The notes under the pieces are model-generated. The model saw nothing but the letters and a program-made list of their open reading frames with translations. It did not search any database and was not told where the DNA came from. Shown one piece after another: positions 57,801-64,000 of a stretch of DNA of 64,000 nt. Within the stretch, counting starts at the first letter, position 1; every line of letters starts with the position of its first letter. The DNA is from a virus, in IMG/VR virus record IMGVR_UViG_3300021138_002231, positions 1-64,000 of that record, one strand, 5' to 3'. Position numbers and translations under genes: made by a program.

Positions 57801-58672
57801 AATGTTAAATTAACATTGTAAGTAGAAGACGCATATGTTAAGGAAGCACCAGTAATAACTAATTCTTTAGCAGACAACGGTTTATTAGAAAAAGCTGTAG
57901 TAAAAGTTCCGCTTGACGCATCTGTAAAATCAGTATATAGCAATCCGCCGTCATAGCTAATCGTAAACGTATTATCTATTGTTGGACTTGAAAATGTTAA
58001 AATTAGTTGATTTTCCACATATGGACTAATAGTTATAGTAGAAGGAATGGCTGTATTTGGCATTCCTCCACCTATAGTCCAGTGCAAATGTAAAGCATTT
58101 TTTAAATTAGTTAGATTTCCTATTACTAATCCAGGATGTGGCGTCGTGAAATTTAAAAATACTTTTGTTCCATCAGCGCTATAGTGAGCATTAACACATT
58201 GAATTTCATCAATAATACTATTATTAATTATTTGTATTGGAGAACTTGTATTACTCGTATTTATATCAAAGTTACTTAAAAGTCCCGAAGACGTATTAAC
58301 TGGATTGCTACCTGGAACACTATAGCTTAATTCGACAGAATCTGTGTAATAAACAGAAATCCCAGATGTATTTGTAAAAATAATCTGACTGCCAGTTACT
58401 GATGATATATTCCAAGTTACAGATTTTGTGACATTGGCTATATCTTTTACCGTAATGGTAAATCCGTTAGGCCAAGATAAAGAATTAATTATGGTATCAG
58501 ATAAGTTTAGTGTTAAACTATTACTGTTTACAACGGCGCTAATGGGATAGGCACCACTCATAGCCTTAAAATCCAAAGAAGACTTAGCATTCTTTTTACT
58601 TAAATTCTTAGTATTTTTTTGGACAATTGAATTGTCTTCAAAATTTTCTGGAGTTGGTATGTTATCGCCCAT
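48836..58672 (-). CDS. Giant (3278 aa) adhesin-like protein: about 18 SwmB-like repeats, beta-propeller, PA14 domain
   Basis: Repeated SA....DG..I.L.F...F.V......L.L......V..Y...D....L..F....V.N units; PA14 WEGYI...YTFY....DG.RLYI...IRIEY...L.W; CAGG-N19-TAAT at 58726-58752. Confidence 0.72.
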   Translation of the reverse strand: MGDNIPTPENFEDNSIVQKNTKNLSKKNAKSSLDFKAMSGAYPISAVVNSNSLTLNLSDTIINSLSWPNGFTITVKDIANVTKSVTWNISSVTGSQIIFTNTSGISVYYTDSVELSYSVPGSNPVNTSSGLLSNFDINTSNTSSPIQIINNSIIDEIQCVNAHYSADGTKVFLNFTTPHPGLVIGNLTNLKNALHLHWTIGGGMPNTAIPSTITISPYVENQLILTFSSPTIDNTFTISYDGGLLYTDFTDASSGTFTTAFSNKPLSAKELVITGASLTYASSTYNVNLTLSENINYSSTLPYTGFEIYIDGIKMPYWAFTPSYSINQIQLVLNQNRLIRAGSTLTLFYNKSLSDSVSAYADSSVRLQTLESPISISTTTYGTSYTIPQYAYLQNDKQTIEVIFSDLLSYSGSGAIQGFAVYEYGTDSPISISSTSLNSYPNNDIVTLTLSSLNTGQILYVTYTQPGGSNNLYTGYLGNPLHNFNKDYNNNPICVCFNDHLNGIVSADGTQVTLYSNEISHSSIITGSPFAVYISGSPATYTVPTTIEWANQITLNIVGSPIKASDTITVSYSAPNYYLGLIDERSGMSIQNGSFNMSNLSTVSLLNFSSATTDSAGTSISIYLSTPNPPISKSGTGNPQFTIYKNGSPISVLSYVISNSPAKITASVAALSPSDTLTLSYNHASPYIQDSSSPVQQLQSFTAAPIANVIAPLMASAASSVDGTYIVLTFSDNVTLDNPAGSVQGFTLTVDGVDKTSTISSITKLVDTTKYQFNLSSPIYAQSHLIQLTYNATNSNKTKDIHNSVYLSSSTISVTNSSTSNNLTFNYASITPDGNYIDVVLNTSNTPLSIINPSIINWVIKHGSGFSTTVTPTAQIIKGTTGLDAKTVRLTIPTQSINLTDNYKVTYNSSYGPPNTSNIQDSLGNLLNPSSVNNQKVYNLLNYCASDFVASDNPTSLTYSTIVFTLVNNISSTSGIGVTVNSSPVTPTSVTLSPNSHTLTIQLPILLNDSDVVAIQYTLDSTTDAYVGTTNGFPPYTASFPVINRSRVNSITVNTSSTTSSADGNYIYVHLNSNSSAPNLTAIGTLASCWSVQETVGGSPSSIGVSSATLQGTNNSVVKLTLASSLTPGSTIQATYTDLNSGGRIHDAQTDPGPFSGSPTSPGYGFLTTQTFAVNNAAAPILNTAIVQSSGTQIILTFDADVSPTSPNGFTVNYTPQGGSPTTLNYTIDQTGVALNQYYINITDITNPIIYYKDSVTIGYTIPGTSQVVSAESGTQMATLVTPLSAINSSLQSHLIFDNAYTSNDGSQVLVILNSPVGTTVTGTDLNTAWQVKQGTNVFNVSSVIQYSGDSSGKTIQLNLVSNLVAGGTVTVSYLDSYYVSNPTNPQGTNSNSITNSQTPANKLFAFTNQSVVNNTYPTLSNVVVQNDGRYIHVTLSDFNNVTPNNPDGFTVNINSYVMSGTFGRSTTSVTILTTSVSHPSPDVYVIDLGTPTIYPSDIVTLDYAIGTYPIEDIDSSRQLQGFTGYVAENNSELDRFYVAFAHTGFDNNNYVSESSVDIQFFTEYPGIIPSSGPINGFTLKDNQSNVIATTATYKTSNGNFSSIELSVTSGVLSQSDYYVSYDPTGFTPITNSNSTALHGGTFTDIQVFNNIATSSCAIDGKTITLTYMPDINTVSGLDPDGLYVNVITDSGVTSLDSTQYTLSKASNVYTISLTSYQVDNTKLLYIQYDRPSSGTNYFKGDQHGSNIYTGRELNVDFPPFTYPSCKIQTLNNSLNPIPFINSASTTDDGLYIYVSVYNNYYNLYPHTIGANVEGFFVLENGLPFDISSAKVDSFHSIGLYTQAMTIKLTCVNPTSYNKVYTLGYDSYIGNSHGDNIYNNNVPVNYLPNYDFNVSITNNTSSSNPPYIKTASLQSDGETIIVTMSEYVLPSSPLGFSVVVDGNNVVINSISYSTLNDTYTLSLNVLQPITRNQIVELIYTSASTTSYIYKGSSPAPPYYYLQPTTVFVENNGPVNTAPIFFDAYTSIDGSQIFINFAEVYAPPLTSSSSLNGFGVTVNGSSATITSQTINAPTQILLTLNSSVVHGDEIVVTYNPGNLTDSFIPANSVASFTQPVLNLVSYYNDIFFDPVVWAGLNINPALGDLYENRIGYPVAQVSLDTTPPLGDIIINENPGSGGMQVHHFAVYTDTTPTIPSVTEQLLFNTQYYAFQFASPGVETLASISVKLSISSLASNGSEYIEMYLYSDDFNTVGSRISTSSNQLLFSTLTPSSTEYAFTFTDTLKSNTNYWVVMALSNMPIGNNNPVIILGGHALETGVTAQSEDIINWVYNTGDIPVYLITTSTKTIAEGTIELEDPFGVAIRKAQYFGDATNPGEYELLGINDYRSLTYYFNNPADKISFIEVGVTANKPKNYIIEAKINASDDWSSLFTIIANSATTDYYTYTFSAALSLYAVRMRYKGDYYASNTSAKLSIAATDKLSGVVAAKFSRYSDFRDATDFPGADSSGWVQIEDGLSEFDWNLINSNQTWKLQGASVSGQIKKMIQFGAGIVIATSNKLYLYKTNGNITNTYTVPSANIVINALTIHQNNLYVGLSNGVVLSSNSGANYTTLFTIPNALSIISLTSYNSALFIGTGPNSSGKSSLYYYTNNILSLNRTFNQPYIYALASVGNYLYVALGGVTGLNAGAIYQFDNIQWTLTLTSNTDAVYTLLHATANGKLYAGLSNGYIMQLSFSNGKPQSWSKSYVSDANVFYAMEDDPSGNYFWSATDTGLIGYVANSNTYYPIDSPSIVSGGLMSTWTNSDASNYQYVGIGANQIIVEDGPINWDNTFPSGVNSSYINTVWEGYIQTSTSENYTFYLDISDGARLYIGGELIIDAWKNNSSITEYTGIATMVSGQWTSIRIEYYLGSESHPGIKLYWSSNTISKELVPSTSLGLPNNVRDLAYIGARLFAGIADGNLYILDPSQIGQTERYAYALFKDAAGNVTPLPGYSDDIVQDSPTINGVKISNGTIYQVHADKSTAAIFSSSVSSALYAPDRLIEQQAIYESQPFYAPTLTTWSNISTLAQYPVGATVGNGLMQGTGIKIYVRTGNTRAQCLSADWGSPFDINNITDTISGGTGYITNTFNIATLSGKWLQYKLVMSSASQNFAPIIKNVTLTYSSANASYFFSALFDTSIYSSDISAPQIRRGLLAADYITNGGQVVFGYITDPTAGNTFDFTQYNIITPNTVFELPEASQYIRFAILLVSVGTNPAIVYDWAVMLDDGPVDMNIMDYLYNH

Positions 58673-58754
58673 TTAATAATTCCTGCATAATAAATTGTAT
58701 TTGAAAATACAACAATACAATTTAAATTATACAAAAGTTAATTTAATTCCTGGT

Positions 58755-61700
58755 TTAATACGGACTTCTAATTGTGCCTTTTTGACCAGAAACTATTAAC
58801 GTTCCTTTGTATGAAGATGCGCTTAATGGTCTAATTACACCAGTTCCATCGGTTTTTCTCGGATATGGTGGATTTTCATAAACCCAAGTTTGATTATTTG
58901 AATCATATATAAACATTTTTGAAGCTCTATCATCAGGATTATCTGATTTCAATATTTTACTGATGCCATCAGTTAAAGCATAAACAGTACCAAGGTGATT
59001 AACCAATTTTCTGACCCCACCAGTAGATGGAAGGCGTGATTGAAGAGCAAAATTATATATTTTACGAGTAACAGGAGGTATTACACTACCAGTCACGAAT
59101 TTCATATCGCCATATAACCATACAGAATTGTTTTCTAAAGGATTGGTTTTGCCAAATCTTATTTGAGCATTTGATGTTGGTAATGTTAAGAAATTAGCAA
59201 CATCAATAATAGGCGTATCTGTTTTTCCTATCCATACTTTAATATCTCTACCATCGACACCAACTCGTATGGGTGTAATATTATATCTTAAATTTGGTAA
59301 AGCATCAGGTTCAACAGTATCAGTTACTACTGCAATATAATCTATATACCAGTCTGTGGGCCGATTTTGATCTGTTGGTAAATAAGTTAATGAAAATGAT
59401 ATATCTTTTACCATACCATGCCATTGAGGTGAAAATTCATATGTAACAAAACCTAATTCATTAACCAGTGGAGTATCTGTCCAATAATAAAAGTCATTAG
59501 CTGAATCAGCAAATTCATTAATTGAAACTTTTAGTCTAATATTTTCTAAAATATTCTCAAATGGCTCAGAATACAAAGTAGATGTAGAAACTGAATTATT
59601 TTCTCTAGGTGTGACTTTCATTCTTATTTTAATTTTACTTTGTGTATCAATTTTAAACTGATCATGTAAGTTATAAATTACTGGATCATAATCATTATTT
59701 ATATTAGCATGTAGTGAGCCAGATACATAGTCTAAATTATTAATGTATGCGTTAGAAGGTCCTGTATTTTCCCCAGCCCAATTTGTGCTAGAAGCAGTAG
59801 ATGTTGTATCATTAGGGTAAAATGGCCCATAATTTGATAGTGAATTAGAGCCATTAAAATTCCACATAATATAATTGCCAGAAGTTGGCATTTGTTCATC
59901 ACTCACTGAAAATGATGTTATAGGTGAAACTGGGGTTATGTTAGACACTCCAAATTGATAAGAATATTGATTGTCACCGCTCGTAATGATTATATCAGAA
60001 GGTGATAACTGAACATCATAATACCAATATCCATCGCTAATTTGAAAACCTTGTCTATTTGGCGTTGAGGATATAGTATTTGATGTATTGTAATACATCA
60101 TGCCTAATTCAAATGTATATTGTGGCTTGCTAAATAGAATTGGGCTTACTCCTACGGTCCCAGAAGTGGTTGTTAGCCAAGTTGTTGAATATTGAGTATC
60201 TCCTTTTTCTACATATACACCAGTATTTACACCGAATGAATTTGAAGAAGGTAGTTCACTTGCTCTAGTCCAGGAACCACTTGCAGCCAAATATACACCA
60301 TTTTGTATTGGATTAGTTTGATTTTTAACTAAAATTCTTGTTCCAACAACACTTACATAAAAACCGTCTATTGTTTGATTAAGTCCTGATAGACTAATGT
60401 TTTCTGTTGTTGCACAGATTACGTTAATAACAGCATTAGATGGTAAATTTTTAGATATGGTTTGTTCCCAGTCAGAACCAGTATTGGCAGTCAACGTGAC
60501 AATAGAATTAGTATTTGTGCCACTATTAATTTTTAATGCATTAATATTACTTGGTGTAATATCATTATTATTTGTTTGAACAGTCGTAATTGCATTATTA
60601 AGGGGATCATTAGTAAAGCTAATATATGGTTGCCAAGGATTTTTATATGAATTTTGTACTACCCATTTTTCTTTAGCTTGTGGTTCAATCATCTTTTCAT
60701 AATATGTCCATATTTCAGGTCTATCTCCAATACCTGCGAATATTTGTTTGCCGCTTGTAATTAAAGTAGAAACAGGAATACTATCACTGTTAATTGATCC
60801 TATTCTTGTATTAATTAAATCGATTTCATTTAAAGTTTCAATCACTTCGTTTTGATCTAATATTCGTCTATATGTTAAAATCTTGCTTTGATTCGTTCCA
60901 ATAAATAATTTATCATATGCACTTGTTGCACATGTGATATCGCCACTACTTGTAGCTAAAAATCCCGTATATGAAACTAATTCCCAAGAACTACTATTAA
61001 TAGCCAGATGAGTTGGCGCTCTAAATAATCTAGGTACATTAGATGTACCAGCATAAATATAAGAAATGTTATTAGAAGCATAAATGTCTTCAAAATTAAT
61101 ATCTGTCAATGATGTGTTATTTGAATAGTATTTCTCAATTTGGAACTGATGTTCAGTTAGCATTGTTACTGGTAAGGACGTATTATTGCTTGAACATGTA
61201 AAAACAGGTCCATTAATAACTTTACCATCACAGGCATAAATATTACCTTTATTTGTACCAATATATAAATAATTATCTGTTGGAAGCATTGATAATATAG
61301 CTTTTTCGCCTTTATATCCAAGATCAGCCACACTAAATACATTCATTCCATCCCAAGCCCATAATTGCGCGGAGTCTCTAATTACAGTAACTGTTGGATA
61401 AGGCGATTGAGGTGCATCAAACACTATTAATCCTCTAACTGAATCAATGGTAAATGTAGCTGAGTTAGATACAGTAACTCTATCTGTGCTTCTAAATAAA
61501 ATTTTACTTCCATACGGTGATATAGCGTAAAATGCTGTATTACCAGCATATGTACTATCATTAGAATTTATCAAAGAATAGTTATTGTATTCATAGTGTT
61601 TAATGGCAGAAAAGTAAAGTACATTATTCCATTCAGTAGAATCAATAAATAATACATTGCGATCAGAAGCATTATAGAGCATTTCTGTTAAAGAATCCGC

Positions 61701-64000
61701 TTCCATAACATTATTACCGTAATCTCTAAATTGCACTTCTATTCTTTTAATTCCATCTTCACTATTTGCAAATGAATAAGGCAGATATTCTGAGTTAGGT
61801 ATCCAATAATTAGACCATGTATTTGATGATCCAGGAGCATATTCTCTGTATCTAAAATCTTTGACATCAGTAACATCATCTACGCCATTAATTTTAAGCC
61901 AAGATTTTTGTTGATTAATTAATTCGATTGGTGATCCATCCATTCCACTTACAAATTGGATACTTCCTCGTGGTGGAACGGTATCAATTAAAGCAATTTT
62001 TTGCTCCAGTAATGTAATAGGGTTTGTTTCCGTGATATTGCCAGCTTGGTCAGCTATTTGTACCCATACTTTTCTTGACCCGCTGTAACCATCTAAATCT
62101 GTATTAAGATAGCATGTGTATGTGCCCAATTCAGAAATAGTTAAAGAATTCCAATTAAGCCAAGGAGTAAACATTAATGTATTGTGAGATTCTCTCACAA
62201 TACGAAAAGCCAATAGTCCAGAATCTTGATCTATAGCTGTTATGGTTAATTGAGCTTGATTAACAGATGGAGCTAAATTATAGATGTAACTTAAGGTTGG
62301 TGTTGCATTACTATTGTCTTTTATAGGTGGCAAAATATCTACAAGAGTTTGATTTGACAAATTACTAAATTGGCTACTTATTCGAGCATGAGTATCTGCC
62401 GCGATTCGTGATTGCAAAACAGATAAATGACTAGTATTACTGTGTCTTTCTGAATATTCAGAAAACAATTTATACCACACGCCATCAACCAAATTCATGT
62501 GATTATTTAAAACTGTGATTGTATTAGGTTTTAAAATATTTGCGGCATATAATTCATATCCAAATGGAATTTGTATTGCGACCCAAACAGAACTGCCAAT
62601 TTCAACACTTGATAAATTAATATCATTAATTTGAACAAGATTATTATTTGGAGATGTTTGCCCATAAATCCAACCAGTTAATGGAGATAAAGTACCATTA
62701 ATATCTCCACTATAAAATCTGACAGCGGGTGATAATCCAGGATATAATTCTTGAATCTTTTTAATCTTAAATTCTAATAAATTGGCGGTTAATGTTAATA
62801 TATTATTTACATCTATATCTAAAATCATATTTGTAAAATAAACATTGCTAATAACTTTGTTTTCCAAATATGTATTGATATACCATGACGTTGAACCATA
62901 TATATCGCCATATTGAACTTTTATTAATCCGTCAGTAAAAGATTGAATTTTATTAAAAGCATAATGATAAAGTCCAGATGTTTCTGTTAAAATATATTGA
63001 TATATTCCATCCCCATAAACATAGAAATAATCGGCAGGATTTAGAGTATATCCATCAATAATAAAAGGCTGTATTATGCTGCCATCTTGATCTATTATTT
63101 CTGGAACTATATCCGACATACATGTGACATTCCAAATAAAGTCTTCATATGAATAGTGTGGATTGCCAGAAATATAAGCCGCATAATAATTGGAGCTTCC
63201 ATCATAAAAATAGTATCCATAATAATTGTCAGAAATTATATCTCCCATAGACTGGACTATAGTAGATTGTTCTGTGTTCACAATTAATCCCGCATATGCT
63301 TTATATAATATGCGATTAGTATTTTCATATAATAAATAATCACCTTCTTGTAAAGGTCTAAATTTTGTATTTGCTGGCAAAGTATTAGCTATATAATTAT
63401 TAATATCACTGATGGTTGTTACGCCTGGTTCTATAGCATAATTGGTAGTTAATGCTAAAGGCACACCAACAGATTTAATATTTCCATAATAAACATCATT
63501 TTCTTCAGTTAATGAAGAAATTAATGTTTGCCCTAAATATCTTTTTTGATATGTTAACCCGCTATTTGATTTAGTAAAATGTTTGATATTAACCTGTTCT
63601 TCTTTATTAAAAGAAGTCACAGGCAATATTCCGCTTGATCTAAATTGATAAACATTATAGTTGATGGAACCATTATTTGTTGACCCGCCAAACCCAACAT
63701 ACCATCCCAGGCCAGAAGTTGCATTTGCCGAAAAAGCAGGAATAAATTCCGTAGATGTAATTACATTTCCTGTAGTAGAATCATCAATTTCCAAATAAAT
63801 GAAACTGCCATCAATATTGTTATCCAATTTATGTTTCAATAGTTGAACATTAACAGTAAAGTTTGTCAATTTAAAATTATTAATCTGCTTGGTGTAAATT
63901 GTATGATTATTATTTCTTTGTGTAATAAAAATTCCATTTTTTGATGAAGAAAATACAATTTCTAATATGTCCGATAGAGGTTCGGACATATTTTCATTAA
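58755..64000 (-). CDS. Giant putative virion/tail protein, probably 5'-partial (first in-window ATG 63989)
   Basis: Frame is open to the window edge; Ig-like D..GN units, propeller blades, IDG......RILVKNQTNPIQNGVY....W.R motif. Confidence 0.68.
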   Translation of the reverse strand, partial: NENMSEPLSDILEIVFSSSKNGIFITQRNNNHTIYTKQINNFKLTNFTVNVQLLKHKLDNNIDGSFIYLEIDDSTTGNVITSTEFIPAFSANATSGLGWYVGFGGSTNNGSINYNVYQFRSSGILPVTSFNKEEQVNIKHFTKSNSGLTYQKRYLGQTLISSLTEENDVYYGNIKSVGVPLALTTNYAIEPGVTTISDINNYIANTLPANTKFRPLQEGDYLLYENTNRILYKAYAGLIVNTEQSTIVQSMGDIISDNYYGYYFYDGSSNYYAAYISGNPHYSYEDFIWNVTCMSDIVPEIIDQDGSIIQPFIIDGYTLNPADYFYVYGDGIYQYILTETSGLYHYAFNKIQSFTDGLIKVQYGDIYGSTSWYINTYLENKVISNVYFTNMILDIDVNNILTLTANLLEFKIKKIQELYPGLSPAVRFYSGDINGTLSPLTGWIYGQTSPNNNLVQINDINLSSVEIGSSVWVAIQIPFGYELYAANILKPNTITVLNNHMNLVDGVWYKLFSEYSERHSNTSHLSVLQSRIAADTHARISSQFSNLSNQTLVDILPPIKDNSNATPTLSYIYNLAPSVNQAQLTITAIDQDSGLLAFRIVRESHNTLMFTPWLNWNSLTISELGTYTCYLNTDLDGYSGSRKVWVQIADQAGNITETNPITLLEQKIALIDTVPPRGSIQFVSGMDGSPIELINQQKSWLKINGVDDVTDVKDFRYREYAPGSSNTWSNYWIPNSEYLPYSFANSEDGIKRIEVQFRDYGNNVMEADSLTEMLYNASDRNVLFIDSTEWNNVLYFSAIKHYEYNNYSLINSNDSTYAGNTAFYAISPYGSKILFRSTDRVTVSNSATFTIDSVRGLIVFDAPQSPYPTVTVIRDSAQLWAWDGMNVFSVADLGYKGEKAILSMLPTDNYLYIGTNKGNIYACDGKVINGPVFTCSSNNTSLPVTMLTEHQFQIEKYYSNNTSLTDINFEDIYASNNISYIYAGTSNVPRLFRAPTHLAINSSSWELVSYTGFLATSSGDITCATSAYDKLFIGTNQSKILTYRRILDQNEVIETLNEIDLINTRIGSINSDSIPVSTLITSGKQIFAGIGDRPEIWTYYEKMIEPQAKEKWVVQNSYKNPWQPYISFTNDPLNNAITTVQTNNNDITPSNINALKINSGTNTNSIVTLTANTGSDWEQTISKNLPSNAVINVICATTENISLSGLNQTIDGFYVSVVGTRILVKNQTNPIQNGVYLAASGSWTRASELPSSNSFGVNTGVYVEKGDTQYSTTWLTTTSGTVGVSPILFSKPQYTFELGMMYYNTSNTISSTPNRQGFQISDGYWYYDVQLSPSDIIITSGDNQYSYQFGVSNITPVSPITSFSVSDEQMPTSGNYIMWNFNGSNSLSNYGPFYPNDTTSTASSTNWAGENTGPSNAYINNLDYVSGSLHANINNDYDPVIYNLHDQFKIDTQSKIKIRMKVTPRENNSVSTSTLYSEPFENILENIRLKVSINEFADSANDFYYWTDTPLVNELGFVTYEFSPQWHGMVKDISFSLTYLPTDQNRPTDWYIDYIAVVTDTVEPDALPNLRYNITPIRVGVDGRDIKVWIGKTDTPIIDVANFLTLPTSNAQIRFGKTNPLENNSVWLYGDMKFVTGSVIPPVTRKIYNFALQSRLPSTGGVRKLVNHLGTVYALTDGISKILKSDNPDDRASKMFIYDSNNQTWVYENPPYPRKTDGTGVIRPLSASSYKGTLIVSGQKGTIRSPY

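Noticed and set aside
2999-60579. Short antisense or out-of-frame ORFs in the track (e.g. 3834-4325, 6920-7201, 23012-23341, 30558-30875, 42286-42510)
   Set aside because: Nested in or largely overlapping well-supported genes, with no SD and no motifs; shadows of the coding strand.
1-64000. Bacterial chromosome origin, stop-codon recoding, tRNA/rRNA genes, CRISPR array
   Set aside because: Housekeeping homologues lack their usual operon partners and sit among orphan and virion-like genes. ORFs up to 3278 aa are open in code 11. No cloverleaf, rRNA or repeat-spacer pattern was seen in the short intergenic gaps.

Overview
AT-rich, gene-dense window that reads as part of a jumbo/huge bacteriophage genome in the standard code (inference). 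Host-like enzymes are scattered among many orphan ORFs: gyrB-gyrA, RecD2 helicase, SF2 helicase, RNase HII, PIN-PhoH, ClpX, DnaK, DnaJ, a second J-domain protein and three proteases. Putative virion genes include two tail-tube-like paralogues and three giant adhesin/tail-like ORFs of 1.7-3.3 kaa. Mobile content is a LAGLIDADG intein in recD2 broken by a +1 frameshift at an A7 run, a non-autonomous IS607-type tnpB element (25485-26843), and what looks like the left end of a related element cutting the first gene at the window edge. The most unusual signals are: (i) a shared A-x-x-[LY]-D-Q-x-G-x-[FY]-x-x-A-D-x-[IL] module and a recurrent basic-hydrophobic-Ala leader motif across unrelated orphan proteins, suggesting a sorting/processing system; (ii) about 14 copies of an AGG-N18/19-[GT][AT]A promoter resembling the Bacillus sigma-H consensus, often embedded in hairpins next to ribosome-binding sites. 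No tRNA, rRNA or CRISPR array was recognised. All calls come from reading the sequence by eye; no searches were run.
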